Assembly (NCBI RefSeq): GCF_018977255.1
Contig: NW_024704743.1
Location: 72,046,001-72,110,000, forward strand
Length of the DNA: 64,000 bases
Origin: Callorhinchus milii
Lineage: Eukaryota
Reading direction: 5' to 3'
Each line of letters begins with the position of its first letter. Position 1 is the first letter of the stretch. Both the position numbers and the translations under genes were made by a program. The notes under the pieces were generated by a model. The model was given only the letters and a program-made list of their open reading frames with translations. It was not told the origin of the DNA and did not search any database. Below are positions 40,101-50,929 of this stretch, piece by piece.

Positions 40101-43100
40101 TCTCAAAGCCCATCGCAAGATTTACTAAATAAAATGTATTTTGGTAGATTAACACTGCTGCATGCAAATTGGCTGCTATGTCTCACATCAGGCATGAAGT
40201 GAATGACCAATTTTATCTGAGTGATGTTGCCCACGACACCAGGAGAAACTTCCTTTTCTTTTCAAATAGTGCCATGGGAACTTTAATGTGTACTTGAACA
40301 AGCAGACAGGACCTTGCTTTAATGACCCATTCATTGGACTGCACATCTGACAATGCAATGCTCCCTTATTTGTATATAGGGAACAAACTGCCCAAATAAG
40401 AAGGGATAGATTTGTGCTTTGGACTGCCAAGTGGTGAATGTTATTTAAGGTAGAGAATTGCAGAATCATAGCTAGGGAAAGGAGAATAAAAGGGAAAATA
40501 AACTGCATTAGCTTACAGAACATGAGAAGAGAGGGACTGGGGTGGTACTAATTGACAGATCACTCAAAGCATTAGCATAGGGGACAATGATAGTAAAACA
40601 AAAGAAAAGCTATGGATATAGAGCTGATGTGATTGTCAACAAAACACGAAAATTGGTATTAAAATTGTAAAGAGCACAAGTCTAACCTTATCTAGATTAC
40701 TGTACACAATTCTAGCTGCCATATTACAGCTGTGATATATTGGCTTAGGAGGGAGTACAGTGAAGTGCAATTGAACTGATAGATGCAATTAGACATCTGT
40801 ATTATGAGAGGTTATGGAACTCGGGAATGTTCGCACTGAAGACGCTAAGGGGACATGTTAATGAGGGTATTCAAGATCCTAAATGGTAATAACATGAACT
40901 CAATCCTAATTATACATTTCACCAATGTCAAAAAAAATCTAGGGAACTTGGATGCAAATTCAAAAGAGGGAAGATAAATTATTTTACAGTTCAAATTTAA
41001 TTATTTTATACAGTGGCGAATACACTACCCTGAAAAGTAGTGGTGTCAAATTGCATTTCTGAATTGGAGAGGAAATGATATAGAAGAATTGAGGGTATAA
41101 GAGAATTGTTGAATTATTTATTATTTTACTTTTGTTACTTTGGAGCTAGCCAGATGGATCCCAGTGATCTTTTCTGGCTATGTTCTCATGCACAGCTCGA
41201 CTCAAACAGGAAGGATTTAAAATCAGCTGCTGAAGGGAACAAAACAATTTATTTCAACAAGATTTTAAAGAAACATGTATGCTCCATTAAGCTCTAACCT
41301 AAACAAATTATACTTTAATAACACCATGAAATGTAGAACTTAGCGGACAAAAGGTTGCATAACCCATAATGTTACATGCACAAAGCCAAAAGTAAAATAA
41401 ATGTTCATAAATTAAATTGTTATGATCATGATTGATACTATGTATAGGCCATTAAAGCAAACTATTTTGCTTATGAAAATATTTTACAGTGAAAAGCGAT
41501 CGGCAAATGTATGGTGCCATCAGAATGAGACTTTTATCCAAGGTCCAGTCTGCCTTTTCAGGTTAAAGATTTCATGACATTATGTAAAAATAGAGGTCTT
41601 TCTCATGGAGTCTGGTCAATAATTCTCCCAATAAATTGTTCATTCACTTCATGCCTGTTTGGGTGACCTTGCTGTGAGCGAAATGGCTGCTGTATTTGTC
41701 TATAAAAACAGGCCGCACATTTGACAGCATTTACTATAAAGTGCTGTATCCAGCCTGGCGGGTGATTTTTTTCCCGGCCCAAGATCATTTCCAACATTCC
41801 AACTTCTGCCACCTCCCTTCCTGGTGAACGTGTTCCCAGGGCAGCGGCAGGAGCCGGCGGTTAGGAGGATCGATTTCAAGACCCCTACCCTTATATTCAA
41901 GTCCTTGCACTCCTCTGCATCCCCCTACCTCTCTGACCTCCTCTCTCCTCAAAACAGTGCCCGTTGCCTTCGTTCCTCCGGGTCTGGCCTCCTTCTCGTC
42001 CCCCGAGTCCTCCGCTCCACCCTCGGCGGCTGTACCTTCAGCTACTATGCCCCGAGGCTCTGGAACTGCCTTCCTCACTCCCTTCGTCTCACTCCCTCCC
42101 TTCCCATTTTCAGATCTCTGCTGAAGACCTTTCTTTTCGACCGCGCCTTTAGTCACCTTCCTCCCCCTCCCCCTGGCTCAGTCCCGAGACCCTAAACTGT
42201 AAAGCGCTCTGAGACGCCGTTCAGCGTGAAGGGTGCTATATAAATCCAAGTTGTTGTTTTGATGCAGCGCAGAGAGTGAAAATAATACCAGAATTGAAGG
42301 CAGCGTTTCGTGGTTTGCTATCAGGACAGACGATCGTAGCTTCCCTCGGCTGCCACGAGGCAAGGACAGACACCAAGTGACATGTTCTACAGTTTCCTCA
42401 CTGAAACCTCCCTCTTTCCACTGTGAGAAACCAATCTATGTCCTTCATTCCACCTCCTTCCCCATCCTTCCTCGGCGACTTCCTGACCCGGCCATTCCCT
42501 TTGCAGAGCAAACATCAGTTTGCTATGCCCACCACCCACTTGCCCCACTATTGCCATTTTACCCCCGCTCTCTGGAGTTCCATCCTGGAGTCCCTCTGAC
42601 TGACTCCCTCCCTCCCCTCTTTCAAGGCACATTAAGACCTAAATCTTTGACCACTCTTTTGGTCATCTTTTCTCCTCCCCATCTCACCTCTCTCAGCTCC
42701 CACCCCCAGCTCAGGTGCCCAGCCGACAGTCTAGATGTCCTTCCAACCACTCAGTAGTTCGTTTCGCCCACAAAATACAGTCAAGTCACTTTACAGTATA
42801 TTCTGTGAAGCGTTTTGAGACATCTAGAAGAGGTGCTATATTAAACGCAAGGATTATTATTATAATATGAAAAGGGTGCTATGTAAATATTGTTATGTTT
42901 CTGGAAGGGAAACACAAAATTCTGGAAGGGAAACACGAAATACAAACCATATTTACAAGAATCGTACCAGGAATGAGGGACCTTGATTATGAGGAAAGAC
43001 TAGAGAGGTGAGGATTATTCTCATTGGAGCAGAGAAGGTTACGAGGAGACCTAATAGAGGTCTTCAAAATCATGAGGGGATTTGATAGGTTAGAAAGGGA

Positions 43101-44345
43101 AAAACTGTTTCCAGTGGTGGGTGTGTTGGTGACTCGAGGTCACAGATTTAAAATAGTTTCTAAAAGAAGCCGAGGAGAAGTGAGAAGAATTTTTTTCACG
43201 CAGCGAGTTGTTAGAATCTGGAACACATTGCTTGAAAGGGTGGTCGAGGCTGATCCGATAACAACTTTTAAAAACGCGGTGGACGAGTATTTGAGAAGGA
43301 CGGGTTTGCAGGGTTATGGGGAAAAGGCTGGGGAGTGGGATTGATATTACATTGCTCTTTGAAAAGAGCCGGCACAGACTTGATGGGCCAAATGACCTCT
43401 TTTTGTGCTGTACGTTTCTATGATTGCTTACGCGGCCTACAGACTTTTCTCAAATTGGGATCCGGCTCAAGGCAGCCAACAGGTTGGAGCACCCTGACTC
43501 AAGGCACTATAAAAATAACATTTTTAAAAAAAAATCTGTACAGGATCTTTTTCCAGCAAATGGATCTCATGACTGGAACTTTACAAAATTCTGTTAAAAA
43601 GGGACAATTAGGCACAAAGACATAGTGGGTGGACAATGTACTGTATTAAGGTCATTGTTTCTTACAGTTTCAGTGTTTAAAACTGGGGGTTGGAGGTACC
43701 TGGAAACACATTTTATGTAGAGTCCATCAATGGAAATTGTTTCTCTTTATGATTTTAGAAAGCTGTATTACATCTTCTCCCCCTTGCTGCCCCTCTGTAA
43801 AACCACTCAGTGACGGCTGACGTTTTTCATTCATCAAAAAGTCAGTTTCGATTAACTAATTTAATCCCAGTGTACAAATTCAATCCACATAAACACTTGT
43901 GTAAACAACAACTTGCATTTGTATAGTACTCTTCACACAGAGTAGCGCAACTGGACATGAACTTAATCTTTGTAGTGCAGCACTATTAGTAGACTACATG
44001 CATTTTGAGCACAGCCCTTTTTATTCGCACCTGCACAAATTTAACTTTCGTAATTGTAAAGTTCATATCCACAAAAAGATTTCCATCATACTGAAAACTA
44101 CCAGTAATTCATAAACTTTTTAAACTACACACCAGACAATCCAAATTCAATACTCACCGCAGCAATTTGCTCATAGCATATCTGGCAGCATAGTGAAGGG
44201 GAGTGTTATGTTGATATGGCTCCCCATAAGAGGTATTTGGATCTAAAGATTCTTTGAATTGAGGATTGCTTTCGTACAGCTGGTAGGCCAAGGATTCATC
44301 ACCATTTATGAGTGCCTTGCGAAATTTAGTTGCGGTGTTCCCCAT
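2185..44345 (-). CDS. ANKIB1: ANKIB1, ankyrin repeat and IBR domain-containing protein 1 (RBR E3 ligase); full spliced CDS span, 19 coding exons, 1087 aa
   Basis: Exons joined by hand: 44158-44345, 34741-35041, 33843-34025, 31653-31770, 26691-26899, 24422-24510, 21690-21834, 19586-19752, 18529-18617, 17406-17536, 13754-13888, 11326-11412, 11179-11245, 9412-9557, 8421-8599, 6608-6659, 4990-5098, 4115-4245, 2185-2922 (total 3264 nt). All introns GT-AG and phases consistent. Protein starts [15 protein letters not shown] and has ankyrin repeats, RING1, IBR, RING2 ([12 protein letters not shown]), an Ariadne-like region and a UIM; it ends EEQIHLV. Confidence 0.97.
4115..4245 (-). CDS. ANKIB1: ANKIB1 exon 19
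   Basis: (D)[43 protein letters not shown]; 131 nt. Confidence 0.93.
4990..5098 (-). CDS. ANKIB1: ANKIB1 exon 18
   Basis: [36 protein letters not shown]; 109 nt. Confidence 0.94.
6139..6169 (-). CDS. ANKIB1: candidate alternative ANKIB1 exon 17b (31 nt)
   Basis: T-rich tract...cctgcag|GTATGGAGGACCAGAAGTAGAAGGCCTGCAG|gtaagg; reads (R)[10 protein letters not shown] in the same 2/0 phase as exon 17. Confidence 0.5.
6608..6659 (-). CDS. ANKIB1: ANKIB1 exon 17
   Basis: (S)[17 protein letters not shown]; 52 nt, phase 2/0. Confidence 0.93.
7337..7733 (+). mobile_element. two tandem 5'-truncated SINE copies
   Basis: Body tgtgggacattgctgtgcgcaattggctgc...gggacgtcctcccgacgtgaaaagcgc with (TTA)n tail, repeated across the window. 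Confidence 0.85.
8421..8599 (-). CDS. ANKIB1: ANKIB1 exon 16
   Basis: [59 protein letters not shown]; 179 nt. Confidence 0.95.
9412..9557 (-). CDS. ANKIB1: ANKIB1 exon 15
   Basis: (A)[48 protein letters not shown]; 146 nt. Confidence 0.95.
9648..10002 (-). mobile_element. full-length tRNA(Ala)-derived SINE
   Basis: tRNA-like head with degenerate A box and GGGTCGATTCC B box, shared body, (TTA)n tail. Confidence 0.8.
11179..11245 (-). CDS. ANKIB1: ANKIB1 exon 14
   Basis: [22 protein letters not shown]; 67 nt; preceded by an 80-nt intron. Confidence 0.93.
11326..11412 (-). CDS. ANKIB1: ANKIB1 exon 13
   Basis: [29 protein letters not shown]; 87 nt. Confidence 0.95.
13255..13414 (+). mobile_element. 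CR1 LINE 3' end
   Basis: ...ggcacgatggaccgaatggcctccttctgagctgtataattctatgattcta, a CR1-type 3' UTR and tail. Confidence 0.75.
13754..13888 (-). CDS. ANKIB1: ANKIB1 exon 12 (RING2 end)
   Basis: [45 protein letters not shown]; 135 nt. Confidence 0.95.
14478..14725 (-). mobile_element. L2 LINE 3' end
   Basis: GGWAFSHS...[14 protein letters not shown] plus (TTG)n tail. Confidence 0.8.
17406..17536 (-). CDS. ANKIB1: ANKIB1 exon 11 (RING2, catalytic Cys motif)
   Basis: (L)[43 protein letters not shown]; 131 nt. Confidence 0.95.
18529..18617 (-). CDS. ANKIB1: ANKIB1 exon 10 (IBR end)
   Basis: (W)[29 protein letters not shown]; 89 nt. Confidence 0.95.
19586..19752 (-). CDS. ANKIB1: ANKIB1 exon 9 (IBR)
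   Basis: [23 protein letters not shown]...[10 protein letters not shown]; 167 nt. Confidence 0.95.
21265..21590 (+). mobile_element. L2 LINE 3' end
   Basis: APTLWNSIP...[14 protein letters not shown] plus tail. Confidence 0.8.
21690..21834 (-). CDS. ANKIB1: ANKIB1 exon 8
   Basis: [48 protein letters not shown]; 145 nt. Confidence 0.95.
23346..23730 (-). mobile_element. SINE plus adjacent L2 tail
   Basis: Near-identical to the 7337 and 61577 copies; rearranged tRNA head at 23660-23730. Confidence 0.8.
24422..24510 (-). CDS. ANKIB1: ANKIB1 exon 7 (RING1)
   Basis: [29 protein letters not shown]; 89 nt. Confidence 0.95.
24727..25340 (-). mobile_element. degenerate L2 LINE fragment
   Basis: [17 protein letters not shown] motif, LDYANSLL, L2 tail. 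Confidence 0.75.
25735..26080 (+). mobile_element. CR1 LINE 3' fragment
   Basis: agaggtgacctaatagaggtctttaaaatt ([10 protein letters not shown]) through ccagttgggccgaatggc. Confidence 0.8.
26083..26606. mobile_element. divergent SINE pair (26083-26432 minus, full length; 26476-26606 plus, truncated)
   Basis: tRNA head gagtcctatagctcagtggttagagcgctcgccttgcaagc on the minus strand; shared body and tail. Confidence 0.8.
26691..26899 (-). CDS. ANKIB1: ANKIB1 exon 6
   Basis: (D)[69 protein letters not shown]; 209 nt. Confidence 0.95.
27590..27850 (+). mobile_element. old Deu-domain SINE relic (SacSINE1-like)
   Basis: tRNA-like head then ...tctttcagat..aaaccaaagccctatctgcc..tcaggtggatattaaa; related relics near 40250 (-), 46470 (-) and 62700 (+). 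Family assigned from memory. Confidence 0.5.
29174..30222 (-). mobile_element. L2 LINE ~1 kb 3' fragment with nested CR1 tail
   Basis: [12 protein letters not shown] motif, [32 protein letters not shown]1 3' end at about 29557-29621. Confidence 0.88.
31653..31770 (-). CDS. ANKIB1: ANKIB1 exon 5
   Basis: [39 protein letters not shown]; 118 nt, AG/GT. Confidence 0.95.
32937..33610 (-). mobile_element. young L2 LINE 3' fragment
   Basis: [29 protein letters not shown]...LHWLPIP; CpG-rich; near-identical to the 34248 and 62142 copies. Confidence 0.9.
33843..34025 (-). CDS. ANKIB1: ANKIB1 exon 4
   Basis: [61 protein letters not shown]; 183 nt, phase 0/0. Confidence 0.95.
34248..34676 (-). mobile_element. 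young L2 LINE 3' fragment
   Basis: [25 protein letters not shown]...; tail (TTG)n. Confidence 0.9.
34741..35041 (-). CDS. ANKIB1: ANKIB1 exon 3 (ankyrin repeats)
   Basis: [25 protein letters not shown]...[21 protein letters not shown] boundaries, 301 nt. Confidence 0.95.
36775..37190. repeat. CT-rich low-complexity tract with (CA)n
   Basis: Degenerate (CT)n, with (AC)n at about 37130-37156. Confidence 0.85.
38815..39058 (+). mobile_element. SINE copy lacking the tRNA head
   Basis: gggcaagtttccttactccacacgcc...gcgctatatcaaatgcaaggattatta. Confidence 0.8.
41865..42258 (+). mobile_element. L2 LINE 3' fragment
   Basis: [15 protein letters not shown]...APRLWNCLP...[10 protein letters not shown] plus tail. 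Confidence 0.85.
42953..43424 (+). mobile_element. CR1 LINE 3' fragment
   Basis: [18 protein letters not shown]...TRGHRFKI...[13 protein letters not shown]. Confidence 0.9.
44158..44345 (-). CDS. ANKIB1: ANKIB1 exon 2 coding part (start codon, first ankyrin repeat)
   Basis: [63 protein letters not shown]; donor CG|GTGAGTA; probable acceptor at 44421/44420 after a pyrimidine tract. Confidence 0.96.
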
Positions 44346-46728
44346 TTTTTATTGCAAATTGTTGGCACTTTCACCTTCAGCCACTTGATGTGCTGATCTC
44401 CAACTGCATGCTTCACATTCTTGGGGGGGGAAAAAAAAAGATTGAAAACAGATGTACTCCAGCAAGGAACATTTTCTTTGTGATACAGTATTTCGAGTTA
44501 TTTCCCATGACTGCCCAATTGTTTAATCAACTGAAGCAACTACATAAGTATGATTCATTTCCATTCAAAGGACCATTTCAGACACTTCCTTGCACATTCC
44601 TTATGCAATCAAAATGCAGATATAAAAGCTTAACAAGCCCCTACATATCCCTCGAACACTCTTTTTAACTCTGATTTGTTTCTTCAAACAAAATAGCTAT
44701 TACTGTAGTTTTAAACCAAGATCAGCTATTGTAGAAATTTAATCCTGCAAAAAACATTCAACTTTGAACAAAATGAATCCTCACACCCTCTCGCCGGTTT
44801 TAAATGTTCATCTGTTATCTTTGTTCTCTAGTTTCCCTTTGCATTAAGGTTATAAAAGTAAAGACAATATTGAGATATGACCGTTTTCCCAGGTGCATTT
44901 TTAGGCTGAATTAAGTGAGAAACACATTTAGTTGCAGTGTTCCCCATTTGTTGTGGCAAACTGCTGGTACTTTCACTAGCTAGCTAGATTTCTTTACATT
45001 GCTCAAGTCCAAACAGTTACTACTATGTCTTGGATAATTCTGCACAAGTTGCTCCTCAGCACAATCACCTCTGATGAAACTAAATATCTCTAATTTGTCA
45101 TGCCTCTAAATTTGCTATTGTTTCCAAATCCTAATATACAGTACTATTTCCTCTCATGATGTTGGAATTATTTACAGATTTGGAGAACATAAGAGGAACA
45201 GCATAGATCCAAAGTGTACGCCATCAGATATCACCAATTTGAAAATAATCCATTTATTTCTTCTCCTCAATTATGCAATGAACCCTCTATCCATGTCCCC
45301 ATTTTGCCGCTAATACCAAAGTCCTTAATCTTTGTGAGGTCTTTTACATAACATCAAACAAAATGTGTTTTGAATACTCTATGTATGTACACCTATATAA
45401 TACTTACATTTGGCAGAACACCTTTCACAATGAGAGGTACGTGCTTCACAGAAGGATATACTCTAAAGTGCACTTTGTGGACAAATTCAGCAGCCAATTT
45501 TTACCACAATGTCCAGAAACGGCCATGAAATATATTACCCCACATACTCCATTAGTGTTACCCTAGATTACATTAATTCCTAGTCCTGATGTGGGGTTTA
45601 AACCTACAAACTTCTGATTAGAGGCAAGAGTGCTACCAACTGAACCAGACTGACAACCTAAATGCTCAGTAAGTTTTTTTTAAAACGTTCAGATACATTG
45701 ATCAGGCACAGACCTGCCTTTAGAAATTCATGTTGAGTATTCCTGTTTAGCCCACAACCAGTTGCTAATGTTATCCCTTATTATGGTTTCTTAGCAGTAT
45801 TCCATCACTGCTGATGGATATAAACTAATGGTCTATGGTTACCTTCCAAATCTGTTTGGCCACATCAATTCTGCTTCTAAAAAATTTGGGAATCTAACAA
45901 GTGCCCCATAGCTAGTATGGAAAACACAAAATACTGTAGCATTGACTCAGTAAATAGCTGAGTGGAGTAGAAATTCTTTATTCTACATGTAAAGGCACTA
46001 ACTTACCAGAATGCTTTGAACCTGGGAGCCCAAAGAGAGGCAGGTGATCTACTTCCCAACACTAACATCAATCTCCCGACGAGCAGGTGAAACGATTAAG
46101 TTCTGTAGAACATAAGCTTCCAATATACAGTACACAGGAGTATTCAACTCCTGTTCTGCATACTATGTTACAGATTAAGAATTAAATTATCATAAACTGA
46201 GGGAAAAGTTGGTCATTCACTTCATGGTTTGTAGGGCACTGCTGTGCACAAATTGGCAGCTGCTTTTGCCCACAAATACACACTTTAGTACAGTCATAAA
46301 ATAATCATCCTTGCATTTCATAAAGCCCATTTTCACATTGCTGAGACTTCTGAAAATGCTTCATAGGATTGTTACTATGAAATATAGTGACTATTTGTAG
46401 CTAAACCCAGCAGCCAATTTGCATCCAGCAACGTCCCATAAACATCCATCTAGGCCAGGATACTAGGAGAAGTTCCCTTCTCTTTTCAAATAGTGCAGAT
46501 CTTTAATGTCCACTTGAACAGACGGGTGGGACCTCGGTTTAACATCTCATATGCAGAACATCCGAGTACTGTATTTTAGTAGAAGCCTAGACTAAGTTCA
46601 AACTCCTAAAATGGGACTTGAACCCCCAACCTTCTAACTCAGGGGCTACCAACTGAGTCAGACTGGGAATAAAATCCTATGAAGCACTTAGGCATTTTGA
46701 TGATGTGACAAGCAAGTTCTGTATTTGC

Positions 46729-47203
46729 AGCGTAGATTCACTAGGTTGGTTCTTGGGATGAGGGGGTTGACCTATGAGGATAGGTTGAGTAAACTAGGCC
46801 TATATTCTCTAGAATACAGAAGAATTAGAGGTGATCTTATAGAAACATATAAGATTCTTAAGGGTCTTGACAGGTAGATGCCGTGAGACTGTTTCCCCAG
46901 TTGGAGAATCTAAAACTAGGGGTCACAGTCTCAAGATTAAGGGTCAGCCTTTCCGAACTGAATTGAGGAAACATTTTTTCACTCAGAGGGTAATGAATTT
47001 GTGGAATTCTCCACCTCAGAAGGCTGTGGAAGCTCAGTCATTGAACATATTCAAGACTGAGGTTGTTGGATTTCTAAAGGATAGAGGGATTAAAGGATAT
47101 GGGGATAGCGCAGGTAAATGGAATTAGGTTAAAAAAATCAGCCATGATCTTATTAAATGGTGGGCCAGGCTCGAGGGGACGAATGGCCTACTCCTGCTCC
47201 AAC
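46729..47203 (+). mobile_element. CR1 LINE 3' fragment
   Basis: KTRGHSLKIKGQPFRTELRKHFFTQRVMNLWNS plus CR1 3' UTR. Confidence 0.9.
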
Positions 47204-48861
47204 GTCTTAAGTCTATATCAAATGCAAGGATTAGTATATCAAGCCATTTGAGGTAAATAGAAGCTGTACAGAAATTTCAACTATGAACACACATCTTTCG
47301 GCCGACAGTTCTCTGAAATTCTGAACAAGACAGCTGCAGAGAAAATGAAAACTAGCAGAAACTATACCACCTCACAAGCACCCACCTTCGGTCAGTGTCT
47401 GGGTATAGGGCAGCATTGACAGCAGCTGTTGGAAGTCTGTGGTCCAGATCGTCCTGCCCTTCTAGCTGAAGGATCTATGGTAATGGAGGTAGCAGACCTT
47501 AAAAAGAAAAAAGATCAACTATATAATTTGTTAAATGTGTCCTTTCACACTGGACACTACAGCAGATGAAAAATATTGCAATGCTATCGAAAAAGATTCA
47601 GTTCGATAACGGGAATATGAGTTTAGTTGTATGAAAAAAACTTGAAGGTTGGAAATATTTTTTTCTGGAGTAAAAAGGGTTATTAATTGGATGGACTTAT
47701 AGGTTTTCAAAATTCTGTTTGGTTTTAATGGGTTAAATAAACTATTTGAGACTATTCATACTAATCAAAGTCAGTAAAGAAAAAAAGTTTTTTTTAAACA
47801 TAGAGTAGATAGTTACATGAAAATGTATTACCACAAATATTATTTAAGTCCATTGAAAATTTTAAAAGGGAATTGGATAACCATTAAAGGGTATGGGGAA
47901 AGAGCAGGGGAATAGGGTTAAGAGTAGATACTCCAGTGGGAGAGAAAAGCACCAGCACAGAAATGGCACCCTTCTTTGCTGTAAACGTTCCCTGCTTTTG
48001 AATGCCTGGAATGCTTTCCCCATATTAATTGCCAGCATTAGGTTACAATAGCTTTAGTCCATTTTGTAAAGTGCATTATATAAAACAACTGAAAAAACAT
48101 TCCCACAGTACCAATAACTATATTCTAGGAAAAACAGAGGCTGAGAAAAATGTACGCCATAGAGAAAACATTTCACAGCAGGAGATATTTGGCAAACATT
48201 TTTGCAGTATGATGGAAATTTAGATTTTTGTTATTTAACTGAATACATTTTTTTTCCGAGTCGGGAAAGAGGAACTTTGGGATGAGGATTCAGAGAGCGG
48301 GAGCAAAATGCCTGAAAGCTTGAGAGATTGTACTATAGAAAGAAGACCACTCACATTAATCTAATATCAACCATAGATTGCCTTCCCAACCAGAGCTTCA
48401 AAACCCATTTAAAACATTCCCAATAGATTTAATTTCCATAAAAGTGTAATACTCCAAACATCTGGTAGTAATATCACTATTTATGAGTATTAAACATACA
48501 CCCAAGGGGGAAATAGCTAATGTAAATATTGTTAAGACAAACATTACAGAACCCAACAATCTGCTACCTAGAAGAGAGCACTTATGAATAGTGATATTAC
48601 TACTAGATGTTTGGAGTTTTATTGGCCCACAAAATAAAAAGCAATCACAATCTAAAATTGGTTTAGTAATTATACAGCAAGTGAGGGACTAAAAACTGGA
48701 TATGAAAATTGAAAACCTAAGCTAACTGAATGGAGGTAAAAAGGTTCATACAAAGTTTACGAATTGTTTGATAAAGTGCCACATAAGAGACTTGTAAGCA
48801 AAATAGAAGCCCACGAAGAAATGCAAAGTGATGGGAGGAAGAATGAGAGCAATATAAGCTG

Positions 48862-49580
48862 ATGGTACAAAGGGGGTGAAGGAACAGAGAGACCTGGGGT
48901 CCATATAAGTAAATTTTTTGAAGGTGGCAGGACGGGTAGATAAAGCTGTTAAAAAACATACCGGACACTAGGCTTTATAAATAGGGGCATTGAATACAAA
49001 AGTCAGGAAGTTATGATGAACCTTTATAAAACACTGGTTAGGTCTCAGCTCGAGTACGTGATCAGTTCTGGGCCCCACACTTTGGGAAGGATGTCAAGGC
49101 AGTGGAGAGGGCGCAAAGGAGATTTACCAGGATGGTATCAGGAATGAGGGACTTCAGTTATCAGGAGAGGCTAGGGAAGCTAGGATTATTCTCCTTGGGG
49201 CAGAGAAGATTAAGTGGAGACGTAATAGAAGTTTTCAAAATTATGAGGGGATTCGATAGGGTGAATAAGGAGAAACTATTTCCACTGGTGGGTGGGTCGG
49301 TAACCCAAGGACACCGATTTAAAATAGTTGTTAAAAGAAACAGGGGAGAAGTTTTTTCACACAGCGAGTTGTTGGAATCTGGAATGCATTGCCTGAAAGG
49401 GGGGTGGAAGCCGATTCGATAACAACTTTTAAGAGAAGTGGATAATTATTTGGGGAGGACAAGTTTGCAGGGCTATGGGGAGAGAGCGGGGGACTGGGAT
49501 TGAATTGGATAGCTGTTTTCAAAGAGCCGCACAGACACGATGGGCTGAATGGCCTCCTTCTGTTCTGGATAATTCTATGA
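48862..49580 (+). mobile_element. CR1 LINE 3' fragment
   Basis: ERAQRRFTRM...YQERLGKLGLFSLGQRRLSGDVIEVFKI. Confidence 0.9.
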
Positions 49581-49884
49581 AATTGGGCAACTGCCTGATT
49601 TAAAAGCAAATGAGATAATAATGAGCACAAGAGTAGCCGCTTGACCAACCTCTTTTGGATAACAAAGGATAAACACAAAAACAAGAATGTATCCACTATT
49701 TTAAGGTTGTGGTATTTATTTAAGAAAATAAATCAAATATTTTGATCCCAAAAACAAACTGTCTGCGAGGGCCGAGTGTGACTAGTACTTTCAAATGTTG
49801 AGTAATTGTAACCTTCTGTCTTTTATTCTTGTATTTGTTGTTTAAATAACCTGCTTGGATGTACATCAAATCATGATTGCTGCC

Positions 49885-50238
49885 TTTAAGATTCTAAAGG
49901 GGTTAGACAGTATAGATCATGACGGGCTGTTTCAACTTGTCCAGAATACTAAAACCAGAGGACAAAGCCTACGATTGAAGGGGGTAAACTCAGAACGAAT
50001 CTACTCAAACACTATTTCAGTGAGCGAACAGTGAACCGTGGAACAAGCTCCCTAGGGAGACGGTTGAAGCAGGAAGTGTTGATTCTTTCAAACACAGATA
50101 GTTTTCTTTTAGGAAATAACATTATGGGATATAGTAGATAGGTAGTTTGGGACATGTGTGTATGCAACCACTAAGAAAGAGTGGATGGCGAACCAGATGG
50201 ACCTTGGTCTTTTCTCGTCCAGCATTTCTTATGTTCTT
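49885..50238 (+). mobile_element. CR1 LINE fragment, different subfamily
   Basis: tttaagattctaaaggggttagac...accagaggaca...tggaacaagctccc; tail tttcttatgttcttat. Confidence 0.65.
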
Positions 50239-50929
50239 ATCAAAGGATATTTAAACAACAAACATAAGACTGAAAGACAGAGGTTAAAATTATAGAGCCC
50301 CCACCCCCACAAAAAAAGAACACATTGTAGATATTAAAAACAGATCCCAATATGAATGATTATTTCTTTGTTACATCAATGAACCTTTTCAAAAAATTAA
50401 TGAGCATTTAGTCCTAAATAGTTCTTGAGGTTATAAGGACGGCTTCAAACTGAGATGAGCAACTACTCCACAAGTTTGATTTCTGTTGTGCTGGGTCTTG
50501 TGGAGGGTTGAGGGAAGCAGACCAGAGTTAAACAGTGCAGACGGATTCCAAAATTCTGGAATCTCAATCAAGATCTGCTGCGAAGTATAGTGACTATATT
50601 CTACAATTGTGTACAGTAATGTCCCAAACGGCATCAATCATCAGAATAACGTTCCCCCAAACAGCATTGGTGGGTACACATGGTGTCTGGTCATGGAGCA
50701 GCACTGTCCAGAATGGTGTAGGATTTACATTTTCTATGAATTGAGTAGAATTGATAGACTAAGTAGTCTTTTCTCATTCACACATTATATAGTTATAGAG
50801 TGATATGGAAACAGACCTTTGGCCCATCTAGTCCACCCCAGGGTTTATAAAAGACCAGACCCCTCCCACAGTGAAAAGTGCTATACAAATGTAATTTGTT
50901 TCTGTTGTTGTATTCCCCTTACCTATAAC

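Noticed and set aside
42900..42941. 21-bp tandem duplication TCTGGAAGGG(G)AAACAC.AAAT
   Set aside because: Simple local slippage next to a CR1 5' junction; no further signal.
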